From contig OZ253580.1 of the NCBI GenBank assembly GCA_965263035.1, positions 1,696,001-1,760,000 on the forward strand: DNA of 64,000 bases, given 5' to 3'. Numbering within the stretch: position 1 is the stretch's first letter; each line of letters opens with the position of its first letter. The stretch is from Acidobacteriota bacterium (GTDB taxonomy: Bacteria > Acidobacteriota > UBA6911 > RPQK01 > JAJDTT01). Below, one piece after another: positions 40,701 to 49,982 of the stretch. The position numbers and the translations under genes are program-made. Under the pieces are notes generated by a model that made no database searches, was not told the DNA's origin, and saw only the letters and a program-made list of their open reading frames with translations.

Positions 40701-40947
40701 CGCCGACCTGCGCCTGAAGCGCCGGATCTCCGTCTTGGAGGACCTGAGCGTAGACATCGTGGCCGAGGGATTCAACCTGCTCAACCGCACCAACTTCAAG
40801 CACGTCAACGGCACCGTCGGCCCGCTCACGCTGGAAGAGCTTCCGTCCTCGTACAAGGGGCGCCGGGGGCCGGTGACGGAGCCGTTCTCCTACACGTCGG
40901 CATTCGCGCCGAGGCAGTTCCAGTTCTCTCTCCGCGTCAACTTCTGA
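37750..40947 (+). CDS. TonB-dependent receptor (Oar-like)
   Basis: G.VYDETRAVLPGV.VT, LPINRRDYLDLALLTPG, AVQEFQI, DNNNFGPRMGFAW, C-terminal RQFQFSLRVNF. Confidence 0.92.
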   Translation: MPNKSFIRSCLPGSGRSLRQPGTAAALLLAGTVLLPAQTDTGTIRGYVYDETRAVLPGVAVTATYQGRGVIRETFTSDLGEYVMSRIDPGLYTLRFELPGFAPYVVQDLEVLVGETQAFSPEIVVAAEEIVITAEARRIVVARDKTQQSNHIDSASIEDLPINRRDYLDLALLTPGVVDSNYVADDRDFRIAPTPASGLGIGGGGGRGNTFTIDGLNNNYSTGSVRSSISQDAVQEFQINRNSFSAELGGAPGGAINIVTKGGTNDYRGSIFGVLRNRRFQARNHFDPAESAYTRAQSGGSFGGPILRGTTFFYTSYERLDRHESSFVPLLRDKSFLYELTPSQQALADGIASDSAPPEFAPLAPLVGYLAEALVPGNYPHVVRLFESNSGVFPFSEERQQFITRVDHAIGSAHKLFLRGNWTGLNSQNTNFGSLIARDRGRNNDLNDFSVAVGNASVISPEWISETWLGIGYHDFGVYPTDPHGPSIDINGFGYFGRDLILPTRNVERTGQARQNFTYVSGGHSVKFGADYNPLYDRARSETFFSGKFVFGEAIPLSVLIDQGAGYTVAPLLKDLFHSVGQPQLAAAVDAPISSLQAYALGLPLVYQQGFGDPFYSGWAHTYGFFVEDSWRVHQNFLLTLGLRYELFRKAGFPRDNNNFGPRMGFAWSPDAKTVIRGGYGIFHSRIDGHITFINDLLGEDVQQIIQVFIPLNGIPGVNSALTGEPLNSAEIYHTLLNRGVLGKRPITAEDLALHGFVPTPGLPFHVRFQIADDMVNPYSQQASLEVQREAAGFALSAGYNFNRGVHIVRPLDVNAYRAGTNALGRPVVGFHNPIILQDNIYGSWSNSFYHALILQLEKRFSDGFLISAHHTWSKAMDEITDYNTSFQPHLQWDAASEMALSSYHRGHRFVVRSMVQLPWKAGRGKGFLDNLLGDLTISGIVTARSFAPFNLNTGYDNVGDRHNDTHRPWGVGRNVGIGPNFFSADLRLKRRISVLEDLSVDIVAEGFNLLNRTNFKHVNGTVGPLTLEELPSSYKGRRGPVTEPFSYTSAFAPRQFQFSLRVNF

Positions 40948-40959
40948 GACAGGGGCGGC

Positions 40960-41030
40960 GGATCGGCGGTTTCCAACCGCCGATCTCTCGACGAGGGATG
41001 GGGAACGGGGGACAAGACTGCCCCCCCTCC
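40960..41030. repeat. REPIN
   Basis: GGAT-CGGCGGTTTCCAACCGCCG ... GGGGGACAAGACTGCCCCCC-CTCC. Confidence 0.75.
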
Positions 41031-41053
41031 TGTCCATTCGGGAAAGGAATCAG

Positions 41054-42019
41054 ATGAAATACCGTCACCTTGGAAACAGCGGCGTCAAAGTCTCGATCAT
41101 CGGCCTCGGCACCAATGTCTTCGGCCAGCACGACACCTTCACCCACTACTGCGATGAAAGGGAGACGGCCGCCATCATCCACCGGGCGGCCGACCTGGAC
41201 ATCAACCACATCGACACCGCCGACATGTACTCGCGCGGCGTTTCCGAAACCTACATCGGCAAGGCCATCGCCGGACAGCGCGACCGGTTCGTCATCGCCA
41301 GCAAGGTCGGCCTGCCGGTGGGGGACGGCCCCAACGATGCCGGGCTCTCGCGCGGCCATATCATGGACAGCATCGAAGGCACCCTCCGACGGCTGGAAAC
41401 GGACTACGTCGACCTCTACTACGCGCACCGTCCGGACCCGGCGACGCCCATCGAGGAGACGCTCCGCGCCTTCGACGATCTCGTCCGGCAGGGGAAGGTG
41501 CGCTACGTCGGCTGCTCGAACTACGCGGGCTGGGAAATCGCCACGGCGAGCGCCGCTGCCGAGCGGCGCGGCTACATGCCGTTCCTGGTCAGCCAGTCGC
41601 CCTACAACCTCTTCGAACGGTCATTGGAAGCCGAGGTCCTGCCCTGCTGCCGGCACCACGGGATGAGCATCGCCGCATACTCTCCGCTGGCCCAGGGCGT
41701 ATTGACGGGCAAGTATCGCCGGGGTGCGCCGATCCCGCGCGGCACCCGGGCCTGGAAGAATCCGAGTCCCTTCCTGGCCCGTTACATGACCGACGAGCGT
41801 CTGGAGACGGTCGAACGGCTCGATGCCTGGACCCGGGATCAGGGCCGCCGGTTGAGCGAACTGGCCATCGCCTGGCTGCTGGACAAGTCCTATGTCTGTA
41901 CCGTTCTCGTCGCGGTCACCAGCATCGAACAACTGGAAGCCAACGTCGCGGCCACCGACTGGACGCTCTCGCCGGATCAAGTGCAGGAAGTTGAAGCCAT
42001 CGTGGCAGGGGGTTTGTAG
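41054..42019 (+). CDS. Aldo/keto reductase
   Basis: LGNSGVKVS.IGLG, IDTADMY, ASK, LYYAHRPD, GKVRYVGCSN, YSPLAQG.L. Confidence 0.95.
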   Translation: MKYRHLGNSGVKVSIIGLGTNVFGQHDTFTHYCDERETAAIIHRAADLDINHIDTADMYSRGVSETYIGKAIAGQRDRFVIASKVGLPVGDGPNDAGLSRGHIMDSIEGTLRRLETDYVDLYYAHRPDPATPIEETLRAFDDLVRQGKVRYVGCSNYAGWEIATASAAAERRGYMPFLVSQSPYNLFERSLEAEVLPCCRHHGMSIAAYSPLAQGVLTGKYRRGAPIPRGTRAWKNPSPFLARYMTDERLETVERLDAWTRDQGRRLSELAIAWLLDKSYVCTVLVAVTSIEQLEANVAATDWTLSPDQVQEVEAIVAGGL

Positions 42020-42040
42020 CTGTCGAACTCCGGACGGGTG

Positions 42041-42133
42041 GGAGCGGGGGTTTGCAACCCCCGATTCCGGCGTGTGTGGGGGAAAAGGACGATCTTCTCC
42101 CGCGAAGAGGGGGGACAGGGATGTCCCCCCTCC
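42041..42133. repeat. REPIN between convergent genes
   Basis: GGAG-CGGGGGTTTGCAACCCCCG ... GGGGGACAGGGATGTCCCCC-CTCC. Confidence 0.8.
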
Positions 42134-42138
42134 CACGG

Positions 42139-42885
42139 CTACCGGTCCAGGCGAAGCAACCAGCTGGACGCATTACGGATGAGCCGCTGCATCATGGGGT
42201 GACCCAGCGCTTCAGGCGTGTGCCCAGGTGCCAGATAGCAGAATCGTCCCTTCCCCATCTCCCGCCACCATCCGGCCGGGGCAGCCAGGTTGTCGCGCGC
42301 GATGGATCGCAGCAGGAGGTGTTCGTGGTCGAGATGGTATTTCACCGTGTGCTGCTCGTCGAAGATTTCAAAATCCTCCACGCCCGAGGTCACGGGGTGA
42401 TTCCTGTCTTCGACTCGAACGGTGAAGACATAGGGCTCGGGATGGCCTCCGTAGTCTCCTCCGAAGAGTTTGTAGTAGAGGCCGTCCGGCGGGTACAGGC
42501 CTTGGGAGTTGTGCAGAGCCAGGAAACCGCCGCCGCCGTGGACAAAATCCCAGATGGCCTGCTGCTGCGTGTCCGTCATCCACTTGACGTGCGGTTGGTC
42601 ATATCCGCCGGGCCAGTTCATGCCATCGCGAAGGATGATGAGCAGATCATGTTTGGCCAGTGATTCCGCGTTCAGGGCTTCGACGTTCTCGATGAAGGTC
42701 ACCGGGATGTTTTCTCGAACCAGGGCTTGGATCAAGTGATCCCGAATGTAGACCGGACTGTGGTACCGGTCGCCGATCAGGGCCAGCGCACGGGGCCGCT
42801 CAGCCGTCTGGTAGACCTCGAACGCTCTCTGCGCCGGAAGAGCCAGGGTCAGGGCGAACAGGGTCAACAACAATATTTTCTTCAT
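42139..42885 (-). CDS. ThuA-like (class I glutamine amidotransferase-like) domain protein
   Basis: Signal peptide, FV.GGGGFLALH, GGHP, HPVT.GV.DF.IFDE, GKGRFCY.APGH. Confidence 0.85.
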   Translation of the reverse strand: MKKILLLTLFALTLALPAQRAFEVYQTAERPRALALIGDRYHSPVYIRDHLIQALVRENIPVTFIENVEALNAESLAKHDLLIILRDGMNWPGGYDQPHVKWMTDTQQQAIWDFVHGGGGFLALHNSQGLYPPDGLYYKLFGGDYGGHPEPYVFTVRVEDRNHPVTSGVEDFEIFDEQHTVKYHLDHEHLLLRSIARDNLAAPAGWWREMGKGRFCYLAPGHTPEALGHPMMQRLIRNASSWLLRLDR

Positions 42886-44304
42886 GGCTCTCCTCCGTAC
42901 ACCAGGTTCCATCTATTCCGGCCCCGGCGGCCAGTTCAGCCGTGGATTCGACGAAATGGATGGCATTACTTGCAACACGAGATGCGCCGGCCCGCCTCAC
43001 CTCCGGAACGCGAAGCTGAAGAGGGACGCCTCCTGGAGCCGGAAGCGCAGGACGACCGGTTGCCCCGCCCAGCGGGACAGATCCGGGCTCCCGGGAAAGG
43101 ACAGCTCCTGGCGTAGCGAATCGCCGGTGAAGCGGGTGGACGGCCGCAATTCCTCGATCGGCCGGCCGGCCACGTCCAGGATCTCCACCGTAATCCACCC
43201 TTGGGGCCGGGTCTGGGCGTTGAGCACCAGACGGGAACCGGAAAAGGTGACCGGCACCGTGGTGAGAACGCCTTCCCGGGCGCCCGCATCCACCGAGACG
43301 AACCGATCCAGGGGCCAGGTCGCCAAGCCGATGGAGGCCGTGATCCGTCCCCGGCCGGTGGGCCGGCCGTCCTCGAAGGCGGCTCGATAGAGGGCGGGTG
43401 TGCCGTGGGTGTAGTTGGCGCCGTCGTAGTAGACCCGTATCTCGTCGCCCACCCGGAGGGCCCGGTTGCCGGTGGCCTGGTAGCAGCAGTCCCATTCCCC
43501 CATGTCACCCATGGGAATGACCGGCGTGCGAAAGGGCCTCTCCCAGTGGAAGAGATCCCGGGAGACGGCCAGTTGGACCTCCTGGGGTCCCTCGTGGTTG
43601 CCCCAGCGCGCGTTGTTGTTGATGGTGAAGATCCAGGGGAACCCGATGGTGCAGCTCTCGGCCGTGTAGACGCCGATGCCGTAATACTCCGTTCGCATGA
43701 GCTGGGGATCGTCGGGCCGATCCAGGACGGACCGGACGTGCTCGAGCCGGGCCAGGGATCCGGCGTCGTCCCGGGCGTCGGTGGTCCAGGTGAGGACCGG
43801 CTCCGTCCAGGCGACGAAGTCTCGGCTGGTGATGGTGTAGAAGAGGCGCCGCTTGTGACCCAGCCAGTAGGTGCGGGCCCGGTTCCCCACTTTGGGAAAC
43901 ATGACGAAGAGGCTCCGGCGCTCATCCCAGAATCCGGTGGTGGCGTCGGAGAAATCGGGCCAGACCGACCCCTGGCTGTAGGGACGCCAGTGGAGTCCGT
44001 CCGGGGAGACGTAGGTCTTCCCGTGGGAGCCCATCATCTTGTAGCGGCGGTTGGGATCGGGGTCCCGGGAATCCTTGACCACGTTGCCCAGGGTGGTCCC
44101 GGTGAGAACGGCGTTGTGGGGCTGGCCGTTGTTGGAGGGCAAAGTCCCCACCAGGGGCTTCTCCCATCGGATCCCGTCCCGGCTGGTGGCATAGCAGATG
44201 AAGTAGCGGGATTCGAAGTAGTCCCGGGAGTCTCCCGCGTCCCCCAGGTACCACATCTTGAAGGGGATTATATACGAAAGTGCCGAAAAAGTTGCCCGTA
44301 GGGG

Positions 44305-44333
44305 TTGACAATCCCGGAACTTTCCTATATAAT
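44305..44333 (+). promoter_or_regulatory. Consensus sigma70 promoter of the IS1595 transposase
   Basis: TTGACA-17 nt-TATAAT, exact consensus, followed by AGGAGG and ATG 44359. Confidence 0.85.
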
Positions 44334-44358
44334 ATGTCTTGTAAGTCAGGAGGCTGCA

Positions 44359-45309
44359 ATGAGTTACGAGACACGGAACAAGGCACCCGGCAAGGCGTTC
44401 CGAGAGGGACTTTCACTTCGCGGATTCTTCAAGAGATTTCCCGACGATAAAGCCGCTGAGGAATGGTTCATAAAGCAGCGGTGGCCGGAGGAAGTCTGTT
44501 GCGTCCATTGCGGCTCCACCAACGTCCAGACCGGAGCCAAGCATCCTTCCATGCCGTATCGTTGCCGCGATTGCGGCAAGCGGTTCAGCGTCCGGGTCGG
44601 GACGGTTATGCAGTCCTCCAAACTCGGCTATCAGACTTGGTTGCTTGCGACCTACCTCCTTACTACCAGCCTCAAGAGCGTTTCCTCCATGAAGCTGCAT
44701 CGTGACCTGGACGTAACACAGAAGACGGCTTGGCACCTTGCTCACCGGATACGGAAAGGTCTGAACCTGACTGGAATGGCCCTGTTCTCCGGCCCGGTCG
44801 AGGCTGACGAGGCGTATCTCGGCGGAAAGCGGAAGAATATGCCGAAGGCCAAACGCGCCAAACTGAAGGGACGTGGAGCCGTTGGAAAGACGGCCGTGGC
44901 TGCCGTCAAAGATCGCCCCTCCAACCAAGTGTCGGCCCGAGTCGTCCCTGACACCAAGTCTGAAACCCTCTCCCGTTTCGTCTTGGAGCACGTGGGAGAA
45001 GATGCCAAGATCTACACGGACGATTCAACCTCTTACGGCCGGCTTGTCCATCACGAGACGGTCAGACATTCTCTTCAGGAGTACGTCAAAGGCAACTGCC
45101 ACACCAACGGAGCCGAATCGTTCTGGTCCATGTTGAAGCGGAGTTACCACGGAACCTTTCACCACTTCTCGGAACAGCACACCGACCGATACGTTGGAGA
45201 GTTTGCCGCACGTCACAACCTAAGGCGCATGGACACGTTGGATCAAATGGCCCTGGTCGCTGACCGGATGGTGGGAAAGCGGCTGCGTTACAAGGATTTG
45301 GTGGGTTGA
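44359..45309 (+). CDS. IS1595-family DDE transposase
   Basis: Zn ribbon CVHC...CRDC, HTH (SSMKLHRDLDVTQKTAW), VEADEAYLGG, IYTD, HTNGAESFWS.LKR. Confidence 0.95.
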   Translation: MSYETRNKAPGKAFREGLSLRGFFKRFPDDKAAEEWFIKQRWPEEVCCVHCGSTNVQTGAKHPSMPYRCRDCGKRFSVRVGTVMQSSKLGYQTWLLATYLLTTSLKSVSSMKLHRDLDVTQKTAWHLAHRIRKGLNLTGMALFSGPVEADEAYLGGKRKNMPKAKRAKLKGRGAVGKTAVAAVKDRPSNQVSARVVPDTKSETLSRFVLEHVGEDAKIYTDDSTSYGRLVHHETVRHSLQEYVKGNCHTNGAESFWSMLKRSYHGTFHHFSEQHTDRYVGEFAARHNLRRMDTLDQMALVADRMVGKRLRYKDLVG

Positions 45310-45811
45310 ACGAAAATCGACTGATCTTTGGAGACAACCTTGAAGTCATGCGGGAGGATGTCCCGGATGAATCCGTTGGGAACACACCCAATACATTGGC
45401 CTTCCCCATACCATCACACACGCTCAGGAGCTTGCCAGCATCGATAAATTCCGGTTTGAGAGGTGGGCTGCTGCTCTGGTGGACGGTATGGAGCCGAACC
45501 GAATCCAGAGACGGGATGGCGGAATTGACGGCGTGGGACGGCTCCCGATCCGCCAGGGCCGGTTCATTGACATCGTTTCTCAGGTCAAAGGCGGCTCTAC
45601 CAATCCCGGACACGTCCAAGCCTTCAACGGCGCACGTCAACAGGCCGGAGCTGATCTCGGCATCTTCACCTGCTTTCGAGACAGAGTGACCAACGGCATG
45701 AGAAATGCCGCCGTCAACGCCGGACGCTTCATGGACCTGCCCAAGATTCAAATCTACACGCCGGAAGACTCCTTTGAGGGGAAGCAACCTAGGATGCCGA
45801 GGGCCGCATGA
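45306..45811 (+). pseudogene. Internally deleted DNA methyltransferase / Mrr-like endonuclease fusion remnant
   Basis: NRLIFGDNLEVMREDVPDESV (MTase N-terminus) is joined out of frame to ...DKFRFERWA...DGGIDG...SQVKGG (PD-(D/E)xK-like). Confidence 0.7.
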
Positions 45812-45990
45812 AGAAACCCAGACACAATCCCCAACATCCCACCATCGAACTGGTCAAGGATTCCTACCAACCGACCAAGGCCGAACTGGAACAGGATATG
45901 CGCGTGGAAGCAGACTTCGAGGAGCTGGCCCGTGCATTGGTCCAGCCCGTGAATATCAGATGGATAGACCGGCCACGGAACCGGCGTTAA
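45808..45990 (+). CDS. Small hypothetical passenger protein (60 aa)
   Basis: ATGA overlap with the upstream frame, ends 8 nt before the right TIR, SYQPTKAELE...EELARALVQPV. Confidence 0.6.
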   Translation: MKKPRHNPQHPTIELVKDSYQPTKAELEQDMRVEADFEELARALVQPVNIRWIDRPRNRR

Positions 45991-46339
45991 TGCTCAGGTT
46001 TCGGCACTTTCGTATATAATCCCCATCTTGAAGATCCCCTCTTCCTGGTCGTAAATGACCGTTCCGTGCATCTCCAGGCGCCACCCCTCCCAGGGCCGGT
46101 CGGCCAGGATGAGGGGGTTCTCGGGGTGGGGACGGCCCGAATGCTGGGTGAAGAAGACCCGGTCCGCCTTGTGCACCAGGATCCGGTCCACGAAGAGCTG
46201 CGCGCGGTCGCCGACGTCGAAGGGGGATTCGGCGGCCAACCCGGTGGCAGCAAAGAGCAGGAGGACGACAACCAGACCGGAGAACCGCCGGCGATCGAGA
46301 CCAATCATCGCCACCTCCATCGGATGGGTGCTCAGGAGG

Positions 46340-47338
46340 TCAGGCGCGAATTGCCGCCTCGTCCCTCCGGATGTGCTGCCAGTTGAATTCGGTCTCGCTC
46401 ATGGGGGAGTCGGGGAAGGGCTGCCAGACCTGGGTCCGCTCCTTCTTGCCCAGGGCCCGGGCCATCTCCGCCATGTGACTGCCGATGCATCCGCAGCATC
46501 CCCCGATGAAGCTGACCCCCAGGTCACGGGCCTTGGGGGCAAACTCTCCCATCTGGTAGCGGGTCAGCAAAGTCTTCTCCAGTTGATCGGGAAAGGCCGG
46601 ATTGGCGGTGAACCAGGGGACCTGGTCGGTGCAGGCGAAGGCCACGGGCTGCGCCGCCAGGTAGACGTCGGTGGCCTCCCGCATCTCGTCGATGATGGGA
46701 TAGGTTCGGTCGGGGTCCCGCATGCAGTTGGTCCCCACGATGTCCGCCCCCTCAGCCGTGAGGATGCGGGCGCACTCGGAGGGGGAGTAGCCGTCCACCG
46801 TCTTCTCGCCGCTCCGGAAGGAGACGGTGATCATGGCCGGGACCGTGCTGTGCTGCTTGATCGTCTCCAGACAGAGACGGGCCTCTCCCAGATACCAGAA
46901 GGTCTCTCCGATGATGAAGTCGACCCCCTCCTGGGCCTCGATCTGCTCCTGGAACATGGCCGCCACCAGATCCCGGGCGCTGGGGCTGTCCGCCTCCCAT
47001 TTCCAGGTGGCGCAGAGGTCCCCCGCCACCAGGGCCTCGTCTCCCGCCACCTCCCGGCAGATCTGGGCGGCCTTCCGGTTGATCTCGATGGTCTGGTGGT
47101 CCCGGCCCACCGTGGCCAGCTTCTCGCGGCTCCCGTAGAAGGCCATGACCTGCAGCACCTCGGCGCCGGCGTTGAGAAACTCGACGTGGAGCTGCCGGAT
47201 GGCCTCGGGATGGTCCAGAACGAAGTGGGGCGTGAAGGCCCCGGCCGTTCCGTATCCCCGGCGTTCCAGCTCGATGATGTAGCCGCCGTCACAGAGGACG
47301 GGTCCCGCAGCCAGCCTTTCCAGGATGTTTCGATTCAT
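46340..47338 (-). CDS. Homocysteine S-methyltransferase family protein (BHMT-like)
   Basis: DGGYIIELERRGY, LH.EF..AGA, ET, GTNC and IGGCCG zinc ligands. Confidence 0.88.
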   Translation of the reverse strand: MNRNILERLAAGPVLCDGGYIIELERRGYGTAGAFTPHFVLDHPEAIRQLHVEFLNAGAEVLQVMAFYGSREKLATVGRDHQTIEINRKAAQICREVAGDEALVAGDLCATWKWEADSPSARDLVAAMFQEQIEAQEGVDFIIGETFWYLGEARLCLETIKQHSTVPAMITVSFRSGEKTVDGYSPSECARILTAEGADIVGTNCMRDPDRTYPIIDEMREATDVYLAAQPVAFACTDQVPWFTANPAFPDQLEKTLLTRYQMGEFAPKARDLGVSFIGGCCGCIGSHMAEMARALGKKERTQVWQPFPDSPMSETEFNWQHIRRDEAAIRA

Positions 47339-47495
47339 GACAAGACCCCCTTTCCGTTCTCGTTTCCAAGCCGGGCGCGTGCTCGAAAGATCTCGACAAA
47401 AAGCGCGTAAGCGACTGAGGAAAACACTCATTCATAATACACTCATCGAACCGGTGAGGAACTCGTGCAAGCCCCGGGCAGAGGTTTCGACTGAG

Positions 47496-48848
47496 ATGTA
47501 TGGCAGAAGACTGTCGAGGCGGGACCTGCTGAGCCGGATGGGCGCCGTCGCCGCCGGCCTGGGATGGAGTTGGCATCCGGGCCTTGTTGCAGCGGCGGGA
47601 AGTCCCGCCGGGTCCTTCCTTCTCTCCCGCCAGGGATGCGGCCGGGCCACGGGGTACTCCGAATCCAACAAGATCGTCACCTGGCGCCGCCGGACTCACG
47701 TGGCCTGGTTGGATTCACCCCCGGAGGGTTTCCGGGTCCGGGTTCGAAGCTGCGATCGAGGCACCGGGGAGTGGTCTCCCACCGTCACCGCCGGTCACGC
47801 CCATGACAATCACGGAGGGCCCGCGTTCACCGTCGACAGCGCAGGCTATCTCCACATCGTCTACTATCCCCACCACCATGCCATGTGCTACCGCCGATCG
47901 CGCCGGCCCGGGGATTCCTCCGAGTGGGAGGAAGAGGTCCGATTCGGCGAGCGCCTGACCTATCCGACGCTGGTTTGCGGCCCGGACGACACCTTGTTGC
48001 TGAGCGCCCGCCGCAGCTTCGCGAATCGTCCCTGGGAGGTGGAACTGTGGGAGCGGCAGCGGGGCCGGCAGTGGCAGCGCCGACGTGCCCTTTTGAAGTC
48101 ACGCCACCCCGGTTACTCCCATTTTCAGGAGTCTCTCGCCTGGGGGCCCGATCACCGGACGCTCCATCTGTGCTGCCGGTTCCACGAACGGTCGGACAGC
48201 CAGGCTTACGGCCGTCTGCAGACGGTGGCCTACCTGGTGAGTCCCGACGCCGGCCGGACCTGGAACCGCAGTGACGGAACTCCGGTCTCCCTCCCGGCGA
48301 CGCCCGACTCCGCCGAGGTCCTGGCCCGGGGGGGAGTGGACCAGAGCAGACTTCTCCGGGCAGGAGCCCTGTCCGTGGATGCCGGCGGGCGGCCCCACGC
48401 CGTCTACAGTGATGAAGAGGGGGGCCGCTCCCGGCTGATCCTGGCTCGCCCCAACGGCGACGGAAGCTGGGACCGCACGGATCTGAGCCGGTTCCTGCCC
48501 GTGCAGTGGAAGGATCGGCTCCTGCTGGCGCCGGCGGGGGTCACATTTACCTCGAGCGGCGAGATGGTCATCGCGGCACAGATCGAGCCACCCGTGGACG
48601 GCTCCTCCTCCTGGGGCGGTTCCGGAAACGAAGTCGTGGCCTTCAGGTCTCCGGACGGAGGAAGGAGTTTCACGGTTTCCCCGATCAGCCGGCCGGATGG
48701 GAACCGGGCGCACTGGCTGCCCAATATCGAGCGACCCACCGGCCACAACCGGGTTCCGGGGAAGCCCGGCCTTATTTACACCGGAGGCGGTCCGGGCACC
48801 AAGAATACGGATCTCCTGTCCAACCAGGTTTTCTTCTCCTGGGGATGA
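47496..48848 (+). CDS. Tat-exported BNR-4/Asp-box beta-propeller protein
   Basis: SRRDLL, DNHGGP...DS.GYLHIVY..HH, TYP, SPDAGRTW and SPDGGRSF Asp-boxes. Confidence 0.82.
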   Translation: MYGRRLSRRDLLSRMGAVAAGLGWSWHPGLVAAAGSPAGSFLLSRQGCGRATGYSESNKIVTWRRRTHVAWLDSPPEGFRVRVRSCDRGTGEWSPTVTAGHAHDNHGGPAFTVDSAGYLHIVYYPHHHAMCYRRSRRPGDSSEWEEEVRFGERLTYPTLVCGPDDTLLLSARRSFANRPWEVELWERQRGRQWQRRRALLKSRHPGYSHFQESLAWGPDHRTLHLCCRFHERSDSQAYGRLQTVAYLVSPDAGRTWNRSDGTPVSLPATPDSAEVLARGGVDQSRLLRAGALSVDAGGRPHAVYSDEEGGRSRLILARPNGDGSWDRTDLSRFLPVQWKDRLLLAPAGVTFTSSGEMVIAAQIEPPVDGSSSWGGSGNEVVAFRSPDGGRSFTVSPISRPDGNRAHWLPNIERPTGHNRVPGKPGLIYTGGGPGTKNTDLLSNQVFFSWG

Positions 48849-48854
48849 TGCCCC

Positions 48855-49688
48855 ATGCTCGTCATCGACTGCCACGCCCACATCTACTCGCCGGACGAAG
48901 AGCGCTACCCGCCGGTAGCACAGCCCCTGCGGGTACCGGGGGGAGGAGGCTCTATCCAAGACCTGCGGGCCGTGATGCGGGCCAACGGCGTCGCGGCGGT
49001 CCGGGCCGTTCAGACCGTCTCCTTTTACGGATACGACAACCGCTATCTTGCCGATGTCTGCCGCGCGAACCCCGGCTGGGTCAGCGGGCTGTGCACGTTG
49101 GATCCCGACGATCCGCGAAGTCCGGCGATGCTCTGGGACCTGGTGCAGAAGCATGGGGTCCGGGCGCTACGGAGCATTCCGGCGGAGTCCCGGACCCGGT
49201 TCGATCATCCGGCGGTGCGGCGGCTCTGGCAGGCCGCTCACGAGCTGGGGATCACCGTCGACATCTTCCTCATGCAGTTGGAATGGGTGGAGGATGCCGA
49301 GAGGCTGCTGCAAGAGTTCGCCCACCTCACCGTGGCCTTCTGCCACTGTCTGGATCTGAAGCCGGGGGAAGAGTACCAGCGGAGGCTGGACGCCGTCTTG
49401 CGGCTGGCCCGGTTCCCCAATCTGATCGCCAAAGTGGACTTCATCAGTACCGGGACCGAGAAGGGTTTCCCGGGAGACGATCTCCACGAGGCGGCTCTCA
49501 AGATCATCGAGGCCTACGGGGCCGAGCGCTGTGTCTGGGGAAGCAACTACCCGAACCGTCTCTGGACACCCAAAATGAGCTATGCGGAACATCTCCGGAT
49601 TTTTCGCGAGGTCCTGCCGCTGAAGGAAGAGGATCGCCGGCAGATCCTGGGTGATAATGCGCGGCGGCTCTGGTTTCCGGAGCTGTAG
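48855..49688 (+). CDS. Amidohydrolase_2 family protein
   Basis: IDCHAH, YDN.Y, PNL..K, YGAERCVWGSNYP, ILG.NA.RL. Confidence 0.9.
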   Translation: MLVIDCHAHIYSPDEERYPPVAQPLRVPGGGGSIQDLRAVMRANGVAAVRAVQTVSFYGYDNRYLADVCRANPGWVSGLCTLDPDDPRSPAMLWDLVQKHGVRALRSIPAESRTRFDHPAVRRLWQAAHELGITVDIFLMQLEWVEDAERLLQEFAHLTVAFCHCLDLKPGEEYQRRLDAVLRLARFPNLIAKVDFISTGTEKGFPGDDLHEAALKIIEAYGAERCVWGSNYPNRLWTPKMSYAEHLRIFREVLPLKEEDRRQILGDNARRLWFPEL

Positions 49689-49751
49689 CGGCCGGTCGGC
49701 CCGGGTCGGGGTTTGAGGTGTGGGCACGATTGCGCGGATTGGAGCGAAGAG

Positions 49752-49802
49752 GCGGCGACAAGAAAGTCGCCGCTCCCATTCGGCGGCAAGAAAGCCGCCG
49801 CT
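49752..49802 (-). repeat. Tandem REP array, left part (IS110 target)
   Basis: CGGCGACAAGAAAGTCGCCGCTCCCATT CGGCGGCAAGAAAGCCGCCGCT; continues after the IS as CCCATTTGGCGGCAAGAAAGTCGCCGCTCCC (51355-51385). Confidence 0.85.
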
Positions 49803-49818
49803 TGTCTGTTTAAATGGG

Positions 49819-49982
49819 GCCGTCCGGGTCGCTCATGAGCGACCCGGACGGCGGTGGCTGGACCGTACCGCCGCGGACTGTTACGAACCGTATGGGAGTG
49901 AGGTCGGCCACCGTCTTTCCCGATGTCCTGAATGGATACGAGGGCATCAAGGCCCGAATGACAAGCACAGGAGACAGGAAAG
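49819..49982 (+). ncRNA. IS110 bridge RNA (predicted)
   Basis: 5' hairpin 49819-49852; target-binding loop about 49852-49913 with ACCGCCGC and ATGGGAG; donor-binding loop 49915-49982 with ATGGATAC and GACAAG. Confidence 0.85.

Larger units (their letters stand above)
44263..46024 (+). mobile_element. IS1595-family element with passenger genes (1762 bp)
   Basis: Perfect 26-bp TIR GGGGATTATATACGAAAGTGCCGAAA. 8-bp TSD ATCTTGAA (44255-44262, 46025-46032). Confidence 0.95.
42997..46320 (-). pseudogene. Five-bladed beta-propeller glycoside-hydrolase-like gene interrupted by an IS1595 element
   Basis: 5' part (...QEEGIFKM, 46025-46320) and 3' part (MWYLGD..., 42997-44256) rejoin in frame after removing the IS and one TSD. 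YATSRDGIRWEKP motifs. Confidence 0.85.

Noticed and set aside
44267-44272. Outward TATAAT in the IS1595 TIR driving the 3' half of the split gene
   Set aside because: No -35 or extended -10 at proper spacing, and the fragment lacks its signal peptide.
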